NCBI GenBank assembly: GCA_031362565.1
Contig: JANLSU010000073.1
Span: 64,001 to 128,000, forward strand
Source of the DNA: a bacterium
Lineage (GTDB): Bacteria; Krumholzibacteriota; Krumholzibacteriia; G020349025
DNA length: 64,000 nucleotides
Direction of reading: 5' to 3'
The notes under the pieces were generated by a model. The model searched no databases. It was not told the origin of the DNA and saw nothing but the letters and a program-made list of their open reading frames with translations. Below, piece after piece: positions 10,305 to 20,197 of this stretch. Within the stretch, counting starts at the first letter, position 1, and each line of letters starts with the position of its first letter. The position numbers and the translations under genes were made by a program.

Positions 10305-10341
10305 GCCATCGCTTCCAGGGGTTCAAAGGAGAACGGACCAT

Positions 10342-11109
10342 ATGAGACCAGGCGTGTTCATTACACTCGTCCTGATTGCCGCCCTGGGGATTTCGGGCGC
10401 GATCTACGGCGTGCTTCTACCCGACTACATCAAGGCGGGGGGGCCGCTCGTCGTTGTCCTCATGGCGCTCTCGATCATGGTCATCGCGTTCTCCGTCGAG
10501 CGCCTGCTGGCGCTCCAAAAAGCCCAGGGCACGGGTTCTTTGGCGACATTCCTGAAGCGCGTCCAGAGCCAGGTCGAGGCCACGGACATCGAAGGCGCGA
10601 TCGAGAGCTGCAAGAAGCAACGTGGCTCTTGCGCCAACATCATGCGCGCCGGGCTCGAAAAGTTCCGGTCGACGCGCGGCCAGCTCGATGCCAAGACGGT
10701 CCAGCAGGAAATGCAAGCCGCCATTCAGGAATCCATGATGCTCGAGTATCCGCTCCTGGAGCGCAATCTCTCGGCGATTTCGACGATCGCCTCGATCGCC
10801 ACGCTCGTCGGCTTGCTCGGCACGACGCTCGGCATGATCCGGTCCTTCAAGGCACTCGCCCAAGCCGGCGCGCCGGATGCCATTGCGCTGTCACTCGGTA
10901 TTTCGGAGGCGCTGGTCAATACGGCAGGCGGACTGCTCGTCGCCATCGTCGGCATCATCGCCTACAACTACTTCTTCAATCGCATCGACAACTTCACGTA
11001 CCAGATCGACGAAGCAGCGAACTACGCCATGGTGCAGACCCTGGCCGAGAAGCTCGCCGCCGCGCCCGAACATGAAGCGCGGCCGCTGGCCGAAAAAATG
11101 TCGGCGTGA
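10342..11109 (+). CDS. exbB: MotA/TolQ/ExbB proton channel
   Basis: AAGGAG RBS; STIASIATLVGLLGTTLGMIRSF; GISEALVNTAGGL. Confidence 0.93.
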   Translation: MRPGVFITLVLIAALGISGAIYGVLLPDYIKAGGPLVVVLMALSIMVIAFSVERLLALQKAQGTGSLATFLKRVQSQVEATDIEGAIESCKKQRGSCANIMRAGLEKFRSTRGQLDAKTVQQEMQAAIQESMMLEYPLLERNLSAISTIASIATLVGLLGTTLGMIRSFKALAQAGAPDAIALSLGISEALVNTAGGLLVAIVGIIAYNYFFNRIDNFTYQIDEAANYAMVQTLAEKLAAAPEHEARPLAEKMSA

Positions 11110-11120
11110 CAGGAGCAGTC

Positions 11121-11588
11121 ATGGTGCGCAAAAAACTGGGCCGGCTATCGGTCTTCATCGACATGACGCCGATGGTCGATGTTTCCATGCTGCTCCTGAC
11201 GTTCTTCATGCTGACGACGCAATTTCGTCCCGCCGCCGAGGCCGAGATCGTCCTGCCGACTTCGAACTCGGCGATCAAGCTCCCGGAGTCCGACGTGATG
11301 ACGATCACGATCAGCAAGGACAACCGGATCTTCATTGGGGTCGACTCGCAGCGTTTGCGCGGCGAGCTGTTCGGCACCGGCAACGCGTTGAGTGGCGGCG
11401 TACACGTGGAGAACATGGAACAACTCGCAACCCTGCTCATGCAGGCGAGGACGCTGAATCCGAAGCTGCGCACGGTCATCAAGGGCGACCAAGGCGCGCC
11501 GTACGGCCCCGTGCAGGACGTCATGGATGTTCTACAGCGAGTCAGGATCACCCGTTTCAATCTCGTGACCGATCTCGAGAAGAGCTGA
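11121..11588 (+). CDS. exbD: ExbD/TolR family protein
   Basis: IDMTPMVDVSMLLLTFFMLTT; VIKGDQGAPYGPVQDVMDVL. Confidence 0.92.
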   Translation: MVRKKLGRLSVFIDMTPMVDVSMLLLTFFMLTTQFRPAAEAEIVLPTSNSAIKLPESDVMTITISKDNRIFIGVDSQRLRGELFGTGNALSGGVHVENMEQLATLLMQARTLNPKLRTVIKGDQGAPYGPVQDVMDVLQRVRITRFNLVTDLEKS

Positions 11589-11598
11589 GGCGAACAGT

Positions 11599-12102
11599 AT
11601 GGCCGGCGGCGACATGGGAGCTCCGCGCCAGGCGCGGCACGGCAACAAACCTCACAAGGCGCGGCGGCGCCTGAATGTGCGCATCGACATGACGCCCATG
11701 GTGGACGTTGTGATGCTGCTCATCACGTTCTTCATGCTGACGACCGTGTTCAACACGCCTCAGACCATGGAAATCAACATGCCGTCGGAGGAAGGCGCGA
11801 CCGTCGAAGTGGCGGAATCGAACCTGCTGACGCTGCGTGTTTCGCACGGCGACAAGATCTTCTGGAACATCGGCGTGGAGCCGCCCCGGGGTTTGGAATT
11901 CGACCAGCTGCGGCCGCTCCTGCTGCGCGAGATCGCGGCCAACCCGAAGCTCATCACGCTGGTCAAGGTCGACCGCACGAGCAGCTACAAGTCCATGGTC
12001 GATGTGATGGATGAGCTGAACCTGGCCAGCATTTCACGGTTCAGCCTGGCGCCGTTCAAGGATTTCGACCGCGAACTGGTCGACGCCGCAGCCGCGCCGT
12101 GA
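11599..12102 (+). CDS. exbD: Second ExbD/TolR family protein
   Basis: IDMTPMVDVVMLLITFFMLTTVFNTPQTMEINMP; SSYKSMVDVMDEL. Confidence 0.92.
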   Translation: MAGGDMGAPRQARHGNKPHKARRRLNVRIDMTPMVDVVMLLITFFMLTTVFNTPQTMEINMPSEEGATVEVAESNLLTLRVSHGDKIFWNIGVEPPRGLEFDQLRPLLLREIAANPKLITLVKVDRTSSYKSMVDVMDELNLASISRFSLAPFKDFDRELVDAAAAP

Positions 12103-12851
12103 AGCGGCGAGTTGCTGAGGAGACGGTGTTGAAAATGACATCCGGCGGCGCCTACGGCGCCATCGAACTGAAGCAAGTCGAGCACCGCAACATGACGTGG
12201 GCACTGGCCATCGCCGGCCTGCTGCACGTCGTGCTGGTTGGGGCTTGGTGGCTCTCGACGCGTCTCGGTGGCGAAGAGCCGCCGTCGCGGACGGTGCGCG
12301 TCATGAAGTACAGCGAGCTCGGCCCACCGCCGTCGGTTTCGAGCGCCAACGCTCCGGCAGCGCTGGCCATCAAGATGCCCGTTGCGCCCGTCCAACCGCG
12401 CATCGCGGTGCCGGTGCCGGTTCCGGACGAACAGGTGCCCCTCGAACAGACGATTCCAACCCAAGAGGAAGTGTCGGCGCCGGTCGCCGATGCCGGCGAC
12501 GGCACCGGGACACAAGTCGAGCCGGACATCGCCGTCGACAAAATCGAGTCCAACGCGCCGCCGCCGGACTTCGTCGCTTTCGAGAAGGAACCGCAGGTGG
12601 TGCACCGGATCGAACCCGCGTATCCCGAAGCCGCCAAGCAGTCCGGCATCGAAGGCGCGGTTTTCGCGAAACTCTGGATCGACAAGGAAGGCAAGGTGAA
12701 GGACGTCGTGATCCTCAAATCGCCTTCTGAGTTATTCAACCAAGCGGTGATCGACGCGGCCAAACAGTGGCTGTTCACACCGGCCGTCATGAACAGCGGT
12801 CCCGTGGCCGTGTGGTTCCCGGTCAAGTTCTCGTTTCACCTTTCCGGATGA
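12099..12851 (+). CDS. tonB: Energy transducer TonB
   Basis: N-terminal YGAIELK followed by TM helix with His; Pro-rich linker; TonB_C domain PAYPEAAKQSGIEGAVFAKLWIDKEGKV...AAKQWLFTPA. Start may be 12135. Confidence 0.92.
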   Translation: MKRRVAEETVLKMTSGGAYGAIELKQVEHRNMTWALAIAGLLHVVLVGAWWLSTRLGGEEPPSRTVRVMKYSELGPPPSVSSANAPAALAIKMPVAPVQPRIAVPVPVPDEQVPLEQTIPTQEEVSAPVADAGDGTGTQVEPDIAVDKIESNAPPPDFVAFEKEPQVVHRIEPAYPEAAKQSGIEGAVFAKLWIDKEGKVKDVVILKSPSELFNQAVIDAAKQWLFTPAVMNSGPVAVWFPVKFSFHLSG

Positions 12852-12901
12852 CGGGTGCGGCGCGGCGCGGGCGCTACCACCCCCAAGGAGGCATCGTTCG
12901 A

Positions 12902-13897
12902 ATGAGAATGCATCGACCGCATCACGGACTTCGCGTTTCACTTGCCATGCTTGCGGCGCTCGCAACCGGCTGCGCCCGCGTGCCGGCCGAATCGCCGACG
13001 CGCGGCGCATTGCGCGTCGCAGCCGCCGAATCGCATGCGCCGCTTGCGGCGCGCGAAGCGGCGCGCTTCACGAGCCTGTATTCCGACGCCCAAGTGCAGG
13101 TGCGGAAAACGACGACCCGCGAGGCGTACGTGGCATTGTTTGCAGACAGCGTTCGTCTCGCGGTCGTCGACCGTCCGCCGAATGCCGAGGAGCAGCAGGC
13201 GATCGAGGAGTTGGGGCTCGAGATCCAGGAGGTGCCGATCGCCGAAGATGCGCTTGGTATCGTCGTGAACAAGGCCAATGCTCTCGAGAGCCTGTCGACG
13301 GGAGAGATCGCGGCGCTGCTTTCTGGCCTCGTCGCCGACTGGCGCCAGGTGGATGGCGCGGGACTCTCGGGACCCGTGACGCTCGTCACGACGGGCCGCA
13401 ACTCCGGCGCCTGGGAACTCTTGGCCGGGAATTTCTTCGCGGCGCATGGGCCGATCCGGCCGGGCGTCGTGGCGTCGAGCCAGAGCGATGTGCTGGCGCG
13501 GGTCGCGGCCGATCCGCGGGCGCTCGGCGTCGTCTCGGTTGCAGCTCTGAAGGAACCAGTCAATTCCAACGTCGCGGCGGCATCGGCGGCGAGCACCACC
13601 ACCGCTGCGGGCTGGGCACCCGGGGTCGGCGCATCGCAACGATCGGGCAACGTCCGCGCGCTCGCGATCGCCGGCGTCGATTCACTGGGGCAGCCGGTTC
13701 GCCACGCATTGCATCAAGCGAACATTCATCTCGGCTTCTATCCGCTGCACTACCCGGTCTATGTCGTCTTCAACACGAAATCCCTGCTGGCGGCGGGATT
13801 CAGCGCGTTCGTGGCGAGTGCACCCGGTCAAAAGCTGGTTCTTGCAGCCGGCCTCGTACCCGCGACGATGCCCGTACGAATCGTCCAACTGGACTGA
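12902..13897 (+). CDS. PstS-like substrate-binding lipoprotein (PBP_like_2)
   Basis: Lipobox LATGC; IAEDALGIVVN, GRNSGAW, GFYPLHYPVY, GFSAFVASAPGQKLVLAAGLVPATMPVRIV. Position matches the Bacteroidota exbBDD-tonB-PBP-TPR cluster. Confidence 0.8.
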   Translation: MRMHRPHHGLRVSLAMLAALATGCARVPAESPTRGALRVAAAESHAPLAAREAARFTSLYSDAQVQVRKTTTREAYVALFADSVRLAVVDRPPNAEEQQAIEELGLEIQEVPIAEDALGIVVNKANALESLSTGEIAALLSGLVADWRQVDGAGLSGPVTLVTTGRNSGAWELLAGNFFAAHGPIRPGVVASSQSDVLARVAADPRALGVVSVAALKEPVNSNVAAASAASTTTAAGWAPGVGASQRSGNVRALAIAGVDSLGQPVRHALHQANIHLGFYPLHYPVYVVFNTKSLLAAGFSAFVASAPGQKLVLAAGLVPATMPVRIVQLD

Positions 13898-13903
13898 AAG
13901 GGA

Positions 13904-15304
13904 ATGGGTCGCATGCGACAAATCGCCATGGCGATGTTCACGACACTTGGTCTGATCGCCGCAGTCGGACCCGCCGCGGCCGGGCCGCAAGACGACGGTG
14001 GGCGGGCGAGCGCCGCGGATCTGATCGACAAAGGCCGCCAAGAGATCACCGCCGGTGCGTTCGATGCAGCCATTCGCACCCTCACGCTGGCGCGCGAAAA
14101 GGCGCCGGACGACGCCGGCGTCTACAACGCGCTCGCGGATGCATACATCAAATCCGGCACCGAGCCGATGGGCGTCATGCAGTTGGAAAAATCTCTGGCC
14201 CTCGACTCGACGCAGGTGGACACCCGGCTGCGCCTCGCCGAAATTCATTCGCGCAACCGGCGCTGGAACGAAGCTGGACGGCAGTATCAGGCGGTCTTGC
14301 GCCGCAATCCCGACAACGATGCCGCCGCACTCTTGCTCGGGCATTTGTATCTGATGGCCAAGCAACACTCGAGCGCCGCACGGGCGCTGGCCGGCTACGT
14401 GGCGCGGCATCCCGCCGACGAGCCGACAGCGACCGAGTATCTCGATGCCCTGGCCAAAAGCGGCCAGGACGCCGGGCTCGCCGTCGCTGCCGAGTCGATT
14501 CTGAAATCGCTGCCGGACTGGGTTCCGGCGCTGCGCTACGCGGCACGGGCCCGCGCCCGCCTCGGCAAACCAGAGGCGGCGCTCGAGCACTACCGGCGTC
14601 TCGAGGCGCTGCAGCCGCTCGGTGCCGAGGATGCATTCGTGGTGGGCCGTTGCCATTTGACTCTCGACGACGAGGCGGGCGCGGCACCCTGGTTCGAGCG
14701 TGCGCTTGCTGATTCGCTCGACAGCCGCACCGATTGGTCCGAGCCGGCGGGCCGATTCATGCGGCGCCAATCCTGGCCGCTCGCCGCACGCTTGTACGAG
14801 CGGCGGATCGCTCAGGACTCGATGTCGGTGGGCGCCTGGGTGAACTACGCGCTCTGCGAACAACAGATGAAGAACTACGAGACGTCGCGGCGGGCGCTGG
14901 TGCGCGCCGTCGCACTGCGGCCCGACTACATTCCCAGCCAGTACGCACTCGCGACGATCTACGTCCAGATGGATTCGACACGGGCGGCGCGCCGGCAGTT
15001 CGACCGGGTGGCCCAACTCGGGATCGGCCACGAGGACGAGAATCGCGACGCGCTCCGCCAAGCGTACCGCTACGTGAGCGTCGCGCAACTCCTCGACAAG
15101 AATTGGAGTTCGGCGCTCGAGACTCTGGAGAGAGCACTGCGGCTCGATCCAAAGGATGTCGAACTCCGCCTGTACCGCGCCCAGGCGTTCTTGGCCACGA
15201 ATCGCAAAGCCGATGCACGGCGGGAGTTCGAAACGGTGCTCGAGCTGCAGCCGGCGAACAAGGCAGCGAAGAAGGGCCTCAGTCTCGTCGCGCAGTACAA
15301 CTGA
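13904..15304 (+). CDS. Tetratricopeptide repeat protein, exported
   Basis: Signal peptide; multiple helical TPR-like units (ALALDSTQVDTRLRLA, ALRLDPKDVELRLYRA, VLELQPANKAAK). Confidence 0.88.
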   Translation: MGRMRQIAMAMFTTLGLIAAVGPAAAGPQDDGGRASAADLIDKGRQEITAGAFDAAIRTLTLAREKAPDDAGVYNALADAYIKSGTEPMGVMQLEKSLALDSTQVDTRLRLAEIHSRNRRWNEAGRQYQAVLRRNPDNDAAALLLGHLYLMAKQHSSAARALAGYVARHPADEPTATEYLDALAKSGQDAGLAVAAESILKSLPDWVPALRYAARARARLGKPEAALEHYRRLEALQPLGAEDAFVVGRCHLTLDDEAGAAPWFERALADSLDSRTDWSEPAGRFMRRQSWPLAARLYERRIAQDSMSVGAWVNYALCEQQMKNYETSRRALVRAVALRPDYIPSQYALATIYVQMDSTRAARRQFDRVAQLGIGHEDENRDALRQAYRYVSVAQLLDKNWSSALETLERALRLDPKDVELRLYRAQAFLATNRKADARREFETVLELQPANKAAKKGLSLVAQYN

Positions 15305-15529
15305 GCGCGACGGGCCGGTTCGTTGTGGGGTCGATGATTTCGTTGCACCGTTCAACGTTGGTCCGATGCTCACACGCACCACGCACAAGTCTGATGAATT
15401 CGTGAAGCACCCTTAATCGCATCCCAACCGGCGAGGCCTAGACTTTGTTCGCTGTCGGATCCACCGCGGCGACGAGTGGTTGGCTCGCGGGTCGAGCCAT
15501 GCCCCGAGACCTGAGAGGTTGAACCGTTC

Positions 15530-18253
15530 ATGAGCAAACTCGTCGTTGTTGCGGCTCTCTGCAGCCTTCTGGGCTACGCCAACAGTGGGGCGGCCCAAGG
15601 TTTGGGCAGCGTCACGGGCACCGTGCACGATCAAAAAACCGGCGAGGAGTTGGTCGGTGCCAACGTCGTCTTGGTCGGAACGAGTCTCGGTGCTTCTGCA
15701 GACCTGGACGGCAAGTTCACGATTCGTAACGTACCGCCGGGTCCGTATGACGTCCGGGTTTCGTACATCGGCTACACGCCGAAGGTCGTGCAGGCACTAA
15801 CGGTGCGCGCCGACCAGGCGACCACTTTGGATGTCGCGCTGGGGCAGGAGGTCGCGGAAGCCAAGGAAGAGGTCGTGGTCACGGCCGAGCGCGTCCTGTC
15901 GACCGAAGCAGCCGTGCTGTCGGAGCGCAAGAAATCCGCCACGATCGGCGACGCGGTGAGCGCCGAACAAATCAAGCGGTCGCCGGACGCCACCTCGAGC
16001 GATGCTCTCAAGCGGGTCACCGGCCTGACGATCGTCGACGACAAGTTCGTGTTCGTACGCGGCGTCACCGACCGCTACAACGCCACGTCGTTGAACGGCA
16101 CCAGCGTCACGAGCACCGACACGGACGTCGACCGCAAGAGTTTTTCGTTCGATTTGGTGCCGTCGAACCTGCTCGAAAACACGGTCGTCGTCAAGACCGC
16201 GACCCCCGACCTGCCCGGCGATTTCAGCGGCGGTCTGGTACAGGTCAACACGCTCGACTTCCCAACCAGCCGTACGATCCGCCTGTCGCTGTCGTCGGCG
16301 CTGGATGCCAGTACGACGCGCAAAACCATGTTCGCAGCCCCGGCCGGCGGCCACGATTGGCTGGGGCGCGACGATGGCAGCCGGGCGCTGCCGGGCGGCA
16401 ATTTGACCGGCAACGCGCTGGCGCACGAACTGCACAACACCTGGCAGTTGCGCTCGCTCGACGCACCCTTCGACAACGCCGCGAGTCTCGCGGTCGGCGA
16501 CCGCCACCCGATCGGCAACGACGAACTGGGATATGTGGGGGCGCTCTCGTACCGCAACACGTACCAGACGAGTTCGTTCGAGCTGCGGCCGTCGTTTCAA
16601 GGCGTTCCACTCTTGGATTTCACTGGCGATCGCTACAAACGCGCCGTGCTGTGGGGTGGCCTGCTGAATCTCAACTACAAGCTGCGGGGTCTGAACAAGC
16701 TCAGCTTTCGCAACAACTACAATCAGTCCGCACAAGAAAAGGTCATCGTCTCTTCCGGCCTGCCGACGAGCGGCGAGTTCACCCGCAAACAGGTCGCCGA
16801 GTGGGACGAGCGCTCGTTCTACCTGAGCCAGCTCGCGGGCGAACACAAGATTCCGGCGCTCGGCGGCCTGGTCGCCGAATGGAAGGGCTTCTATTCGAAA
16901 TCCAGGGCCGAGGAGCCGGATCGCAAGCAAGCTTCCTACGAGCGTGCCTCGAGCGGTGCCTTTGCGCTGCGCGAAAACTACCGGACCTGGTCGACCCTGG
17001 ACGAAACGTCGCGGGGCGCAAATACGGACTTGGCGTGGTCGCACGGACGCAGCCGCATCAAGACCGGCGCGGCATTCGAGCGCCGGGCTCGCGACTACGG
17101 AATTCGCGCCTTTGCGACCGATGCCTCGCACGTGGTCGCGCCGAACTACGACTTGCTCGTCCTGCCCATCGAACGGGTGTTCGCCCCGGAGAACTATGGC
17201 GCGGGCAAGTTCTCGTTCGTTCCGGTCACGACGTTTACGGGCGAATATGACGGCCGGCAAGATGTCCGCGCCGGCTACGCGATGGCGGACGAGCAGCTGA
17301 CGCTCCTCGGCCGCGGGCTGCGGGTGGTGGGAGGGGTGCGGGTCGAAGACGCTGAAATTCTGGTGCACAGCATCGCGCAGACCGGCGACCCGCGCCCGGT
17401 CACGGTGCGCGTCGCCAACACGGATTGGCTGCCATCCGCGAACTTGACCTGGGTTCTCGGCGACGAGTTGAATTGCCGGCTGGCCTATGGCCGTTCGGTG
17501 AACCGGCCCGAGTTTCGCGAACTGGCCGACGTGCTGTACCTCGACTTCGACGCCGAGCAGAACGTCATCGGTAATCCCGATCTGAAACGGGCCCGAATCG
17601 ACAACTACGACGCGCGGCTGGAGTACTTCCCCAATCCCGGCGAAGTCTTGGCCGCGAGCGTGTTCTACAAGCAGCTCGACAATGCGATCGAGGAACGGCT
17701 GCTGCCCTCTCCCGAACGCTTTGTACGCACTTGGTTCAATTCACCGGACGGCAAGAACTACGGCTATGAGCTGGAGGCGCGGAAATCGCTCGGGCTCCTG
17801 GGCGCGCCGTTGCGCGGCTTCTCGCTGACCGGCAACTACACGCGCATCAAGTCGAGCATTTCGTACACGGAGACGCGGACCGGAGCCGGTGGAGGCGCCG
17901 TGACCACGGAGCGCGAACGAGTCATGCAAGGCCAGTCGCCGTGGTCGGCCAACGTGTCGCTGCTGTACGCGGCGCCGCCGCGCTTCGGCACGTCGGTGAA
18001 TGTGCTGTACGGCAAAGTCGGGCGCCGTCTGCAAGACGTCGGCGATTCCCGCGACGAAGACGTCTACGAAGAGTCACGTGACTTGTTGGATATCGCGGTC
18101 ACACAGAAGTTCCTCCGGCGCTACGACGCCAAGTTCGCAATCAAGAACGTGCTTGGCGAAGACGAGGTCCTGACCAGCGGCCGCGAGAAATCGACTTTCT
18201 CGCGCATCTCGCGAGGCACGGCCTATTCCCTGGCGTTCGCGATGGGGCTGTGA
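15530..18253 (+). CDS. TonB-dependent receptor with N-terminal CarboxypepD_reg-like domain
   Basis: VTGTVHDQKTGEELVGANV; plug DALKRVTGLT...VRGVTDRYN...KTATPDLPGDFSGG; SVNRPEFRELA; GNPDLKRARIDNYD; MQGQSPW. Confidence 0.95.
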   Translation: MSKLVVVAALCSLLGYANSGAAQGLGSVTGTVHDQKTGEELVGANVVLVGTSLGASADLDGKFTIRNVPPGPYDVRVSYIGYTPKVVQALTVRADQATTLDVALGQEVAEAKEEVVVTAERVLSTEAAVLSERKKSATIGDAVSAEQIKRSPDATSSDALKRVTGLTIVDDKFVFVRGVTDRYNATSLNGTSVTSTDTDVDRKSFSFDLVPSNLLENTVVVKTATPDLPGDFSGGLVQVNTLDFPTSRTIRLSLSSALDASTTRKTMFAAPAGGHDWLGRDDGSRALPGGNLTGNALAHELHNTWQLRSLDAPFDNAASLAVGDRHPIGNDELGYVGALSYRNTYQTSSFELRPSFQGVPLLDFTGDRYKRAVLWGGLLNLNYKLRGLNKLSFRNNYNQSAQEKVIVSSGLPTSGEFTRKQVAEWDERSFYLSQLAGEHKIPALGGLVAEWKGFYSKSRAEEPDRKQASYERASSGAFALRENYRTWSTLDETSRGANTDLAWSHGRSRIKTGAAFERRARDYGIRAFATDASHVVAPNYDLLVLPIERVFAPENYGAGKFSFVPVTTFTGEYDGRQDVRAGYAMADEQLTLLGRGLRVVGGVRVEDAEILVHSIAQTGDPRPVTVRVANTDWLPSANLTWVLGDELNCRLAYGRSVNRPEFRELADVLYLDFDAEQNVIGNPDLKRARIDNYDARLEYFPNPGEVLAASVFYKQLDNAIEERLLPSPERFVRTWFNSPDGKNYGYELEARKSLGLLGAPLRGFSLTGNYTRIKSSISYTETRTGAGGGAVTTERERVMQGQSPWSANVSLLYAAPPRFGTSVNVLYGKVGRRLQDVGDSRDEDVYEESRDLLDIAVTQKFLRRYDAKFAIKNVLGEDEVLTSGREKSTFSRISRGTAYSLAFAMGL

Positions 18254-18364
18254 ACGTTTCCCGGAGGTTGTCGGCGGCAAAATACGACACAGCATGTCGC
18301 ACGACACCAAAGGTTGATCGAGGGCGGGATGTCACTGCAACTTACAACGGAAGGCCGAACTGAA

Positions 18365-20035
18365 ATGAAGAATACCTTATTGAGGACGGCGCTGGTGCTG
18401 GCGGCGTGGAGCGCCATCGCACAGGCGCGTCCGGTCGTGATCATCGGCCCGGGGCTCAATACCGGGCGAACGATCTATCACCAGCACTTCAATCGCACTC
18501 TGCATGCGGATTCGCTCTACACGTTGACCGGCCAGTATCTCGTGGACTCGCTCTTCAGCATGACGATCGAGCCCGGAACGATCGTGCAGGGCGACACGGC
18601 GGCAGTGCTTGTCGTGACCCGCGGCGCGAAGATCTTCGCGAACGGTGAGCCGTGCAACCCGATCGTATTCACGAGCCGCAAACCGGCCGGACTGCGAAAT
18701 CGCGGTGACTGGGGCGGCGTTGTCCTCTTGGGCGCCGCGCCGATCAACAAGGTGAACCCGTTGATCGAAGGCGGCATTCTGCAGGGAACCTATGGGGGCA
18801 ATAACGCCAACGACAACAGCGGCGTCCTCAAGTACACCCGCATCGAGTACTGTGGCTACCGGTATCAACTCAACAACGAGATCAACGGCTTGACCTGTGG
18901 TGGCGTCGGCGCCGGGACCCAAATTCACCACATCCAGGTCAGCTACTCGTTCGATGATAGCTACGAGTGGTTTGGCGGTACGGTGAATGTCGATCACTTG
19001 ATTGCAATTGGCGGTACGGACGACGAGTTCGACACCGATTTCGGATACTCGGGCAAGGCGCAGTTCTTGTTCGCGGTGAAGGACCTCAACTACTGGGATC
19101 CGACCGGCCAGAGCAACGGCTACGAATCGGACAACGACGCTTCGTCGGCTTCGACGGACCAGCCGTACACCTCGGCGGTGTTCTCGAACTGCACGCTCGT
19201 CGGCCCGGAGCGGACCGATGCTTTGCTGGGTACCGTGCCCCTCGCGGCGACTTTCGAATACAGCGCCGTTCTGCGCCGCTCGACCAAGGAGTCGATCTTC
19301 AACACGGTCATCACGGGCTATCCGTTTGGACTGAGTCTGCGCGACGCGACGACGCAGAACTGGGCCAACACTGCCGAGCTGCAACTCCGCAACGTGAGCA
19401 TTACGGCAACCAAGATTCCGACGGGCTCGACGACGGTGCATGACCAAGTGCGCTGGGCGGGCGTCAACACGTTCTTCAATACGCCCGCCTTCAGCAACAT
19501 CGGTTCGGCGCCGCGCAATCCGAGCGCCGTGTTGCTCACCGACATGAGCAACCTCAACAATCCGAATCCAGTGCCGGCAGCGGGTTCCGAATTGATCAAC
19601 AGCGCCAGTTTTGCGAGTGCGAAGCTCGCCGGTCTTCAGGTTGTGACCTATCGGGGCGCATTCGACCCCGCGGTGCCGATGTCGCAGCAGTGGACCAAGT
19701 GCTGGACGAACTTCGATCCGCAGGGGTTCTGGAATCCGGCCACCGACGCGCCGGAGGAAATTGCCGCGCCACGCGCCGGCCGGCTCGAGCAGAATGTGCC
19801 GAATCCCTTCAATCCGCGTACCGCGATCCGTTTCAAGGTGCCGGTGCGCGGCCACGTGACGCTGAAGGTGTACAACGCCCGCGGCGCACAAGTAGCGACT
19901 GTCGTCGATCAAGAGATGCCGGCAGGCGCCTACGAACGTTCGGTCGACATGACACAACTTCCATCCGGTACTTACTTGTACCGTTTGAATGCACCGGGCG
20001 TGACCGAGTCGAAGAAAATGGAGATGGTGAAATAA
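18365..20035 (+). CDS. Secreted beta-helix-like protein (ElpS-like) with C-terminal FlgD-Ig/T9SS-like tail
   Basis: Signal peptide ending AQA; GDWGGVVLLGAAPIN, YGGNNANDNSGVLKYTRIEY, EINGLTCGGVGAGT, DDSYEWFGGTVN, DDEFDTDFGY; tail LEQNVPNPFNPRTAIRF...LPSGTYLYRL...KKMEMVK. Confidence 0.8.
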   Translation: MKNTLLRTALVLAAWSAIAQARPVVIIGPGLNTGRTIYHQHFNRTLHADSLYTLTGQYLVDSLFSMTIEPGTIVQGDTAAVLVVTRGAKIFANGEPCNPIVFTSRKPAGLRNRGDWGGVVLLGAAPINKVNPLIEGGILQGTYGGNNANDNSGVLKYTRIEYCGYRYQLNNEINGLTCGGVGAGTQIHHIQVSYSFDDSYEWFGGTVNVDHLIAIGGTDDEFDTDFGYSGKAQFLFAVKDLNYWDPTGQSNGYESDNDASSASTDQPYTSAVFSNCTLVGPERTDALLGTVPLAATFEYSAVLRRSTKESIFNTVITGYPFGLSLRDATTQNWANTAELQLRNVSITATKIPTGSTTVHDQVRWAGVNTFFNTPAFSNIGSAPRNPSAVLLTDMSNLNNPNPVPAAGSELINSASFASAKLAGLQVVTYRGAFDPAVPMSQQWTKCWTNFDPQGFWNPATDAPEEIAAPRAGRLEQNVPNPFNPRTAIRFKVPVRGHVTLKVYNARGAQVATVVDQEMPAGAYERSVDMTQLPSGTYLYRLNAPGVTESKKMEMVK

Positions 20036-20071
20036 GGCAAGTCACCGTCTGCAAAGTCTGCGGCTCGTCGT

Positions 20072-20110
20072 GGGGTGGCCCTACTCGGAGGGGCCACCCT
20101 ACATTTGTTT
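20072..20110 (+). terminator. Intrinsic terminator
   Basis: GGGTGGCCC-loop-GGGCCACCC followed by TACATTTGTTT. Confidence 0.7.
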
Positions 20111-20197
20111 GGGCCAAGGCCCCCACACTCGCCGTCGCCGCCGTCGTGGTACCATCCGGGTTCGGGGCCGGCCGCGGCCCGTCCCAGGAGCGTGACC

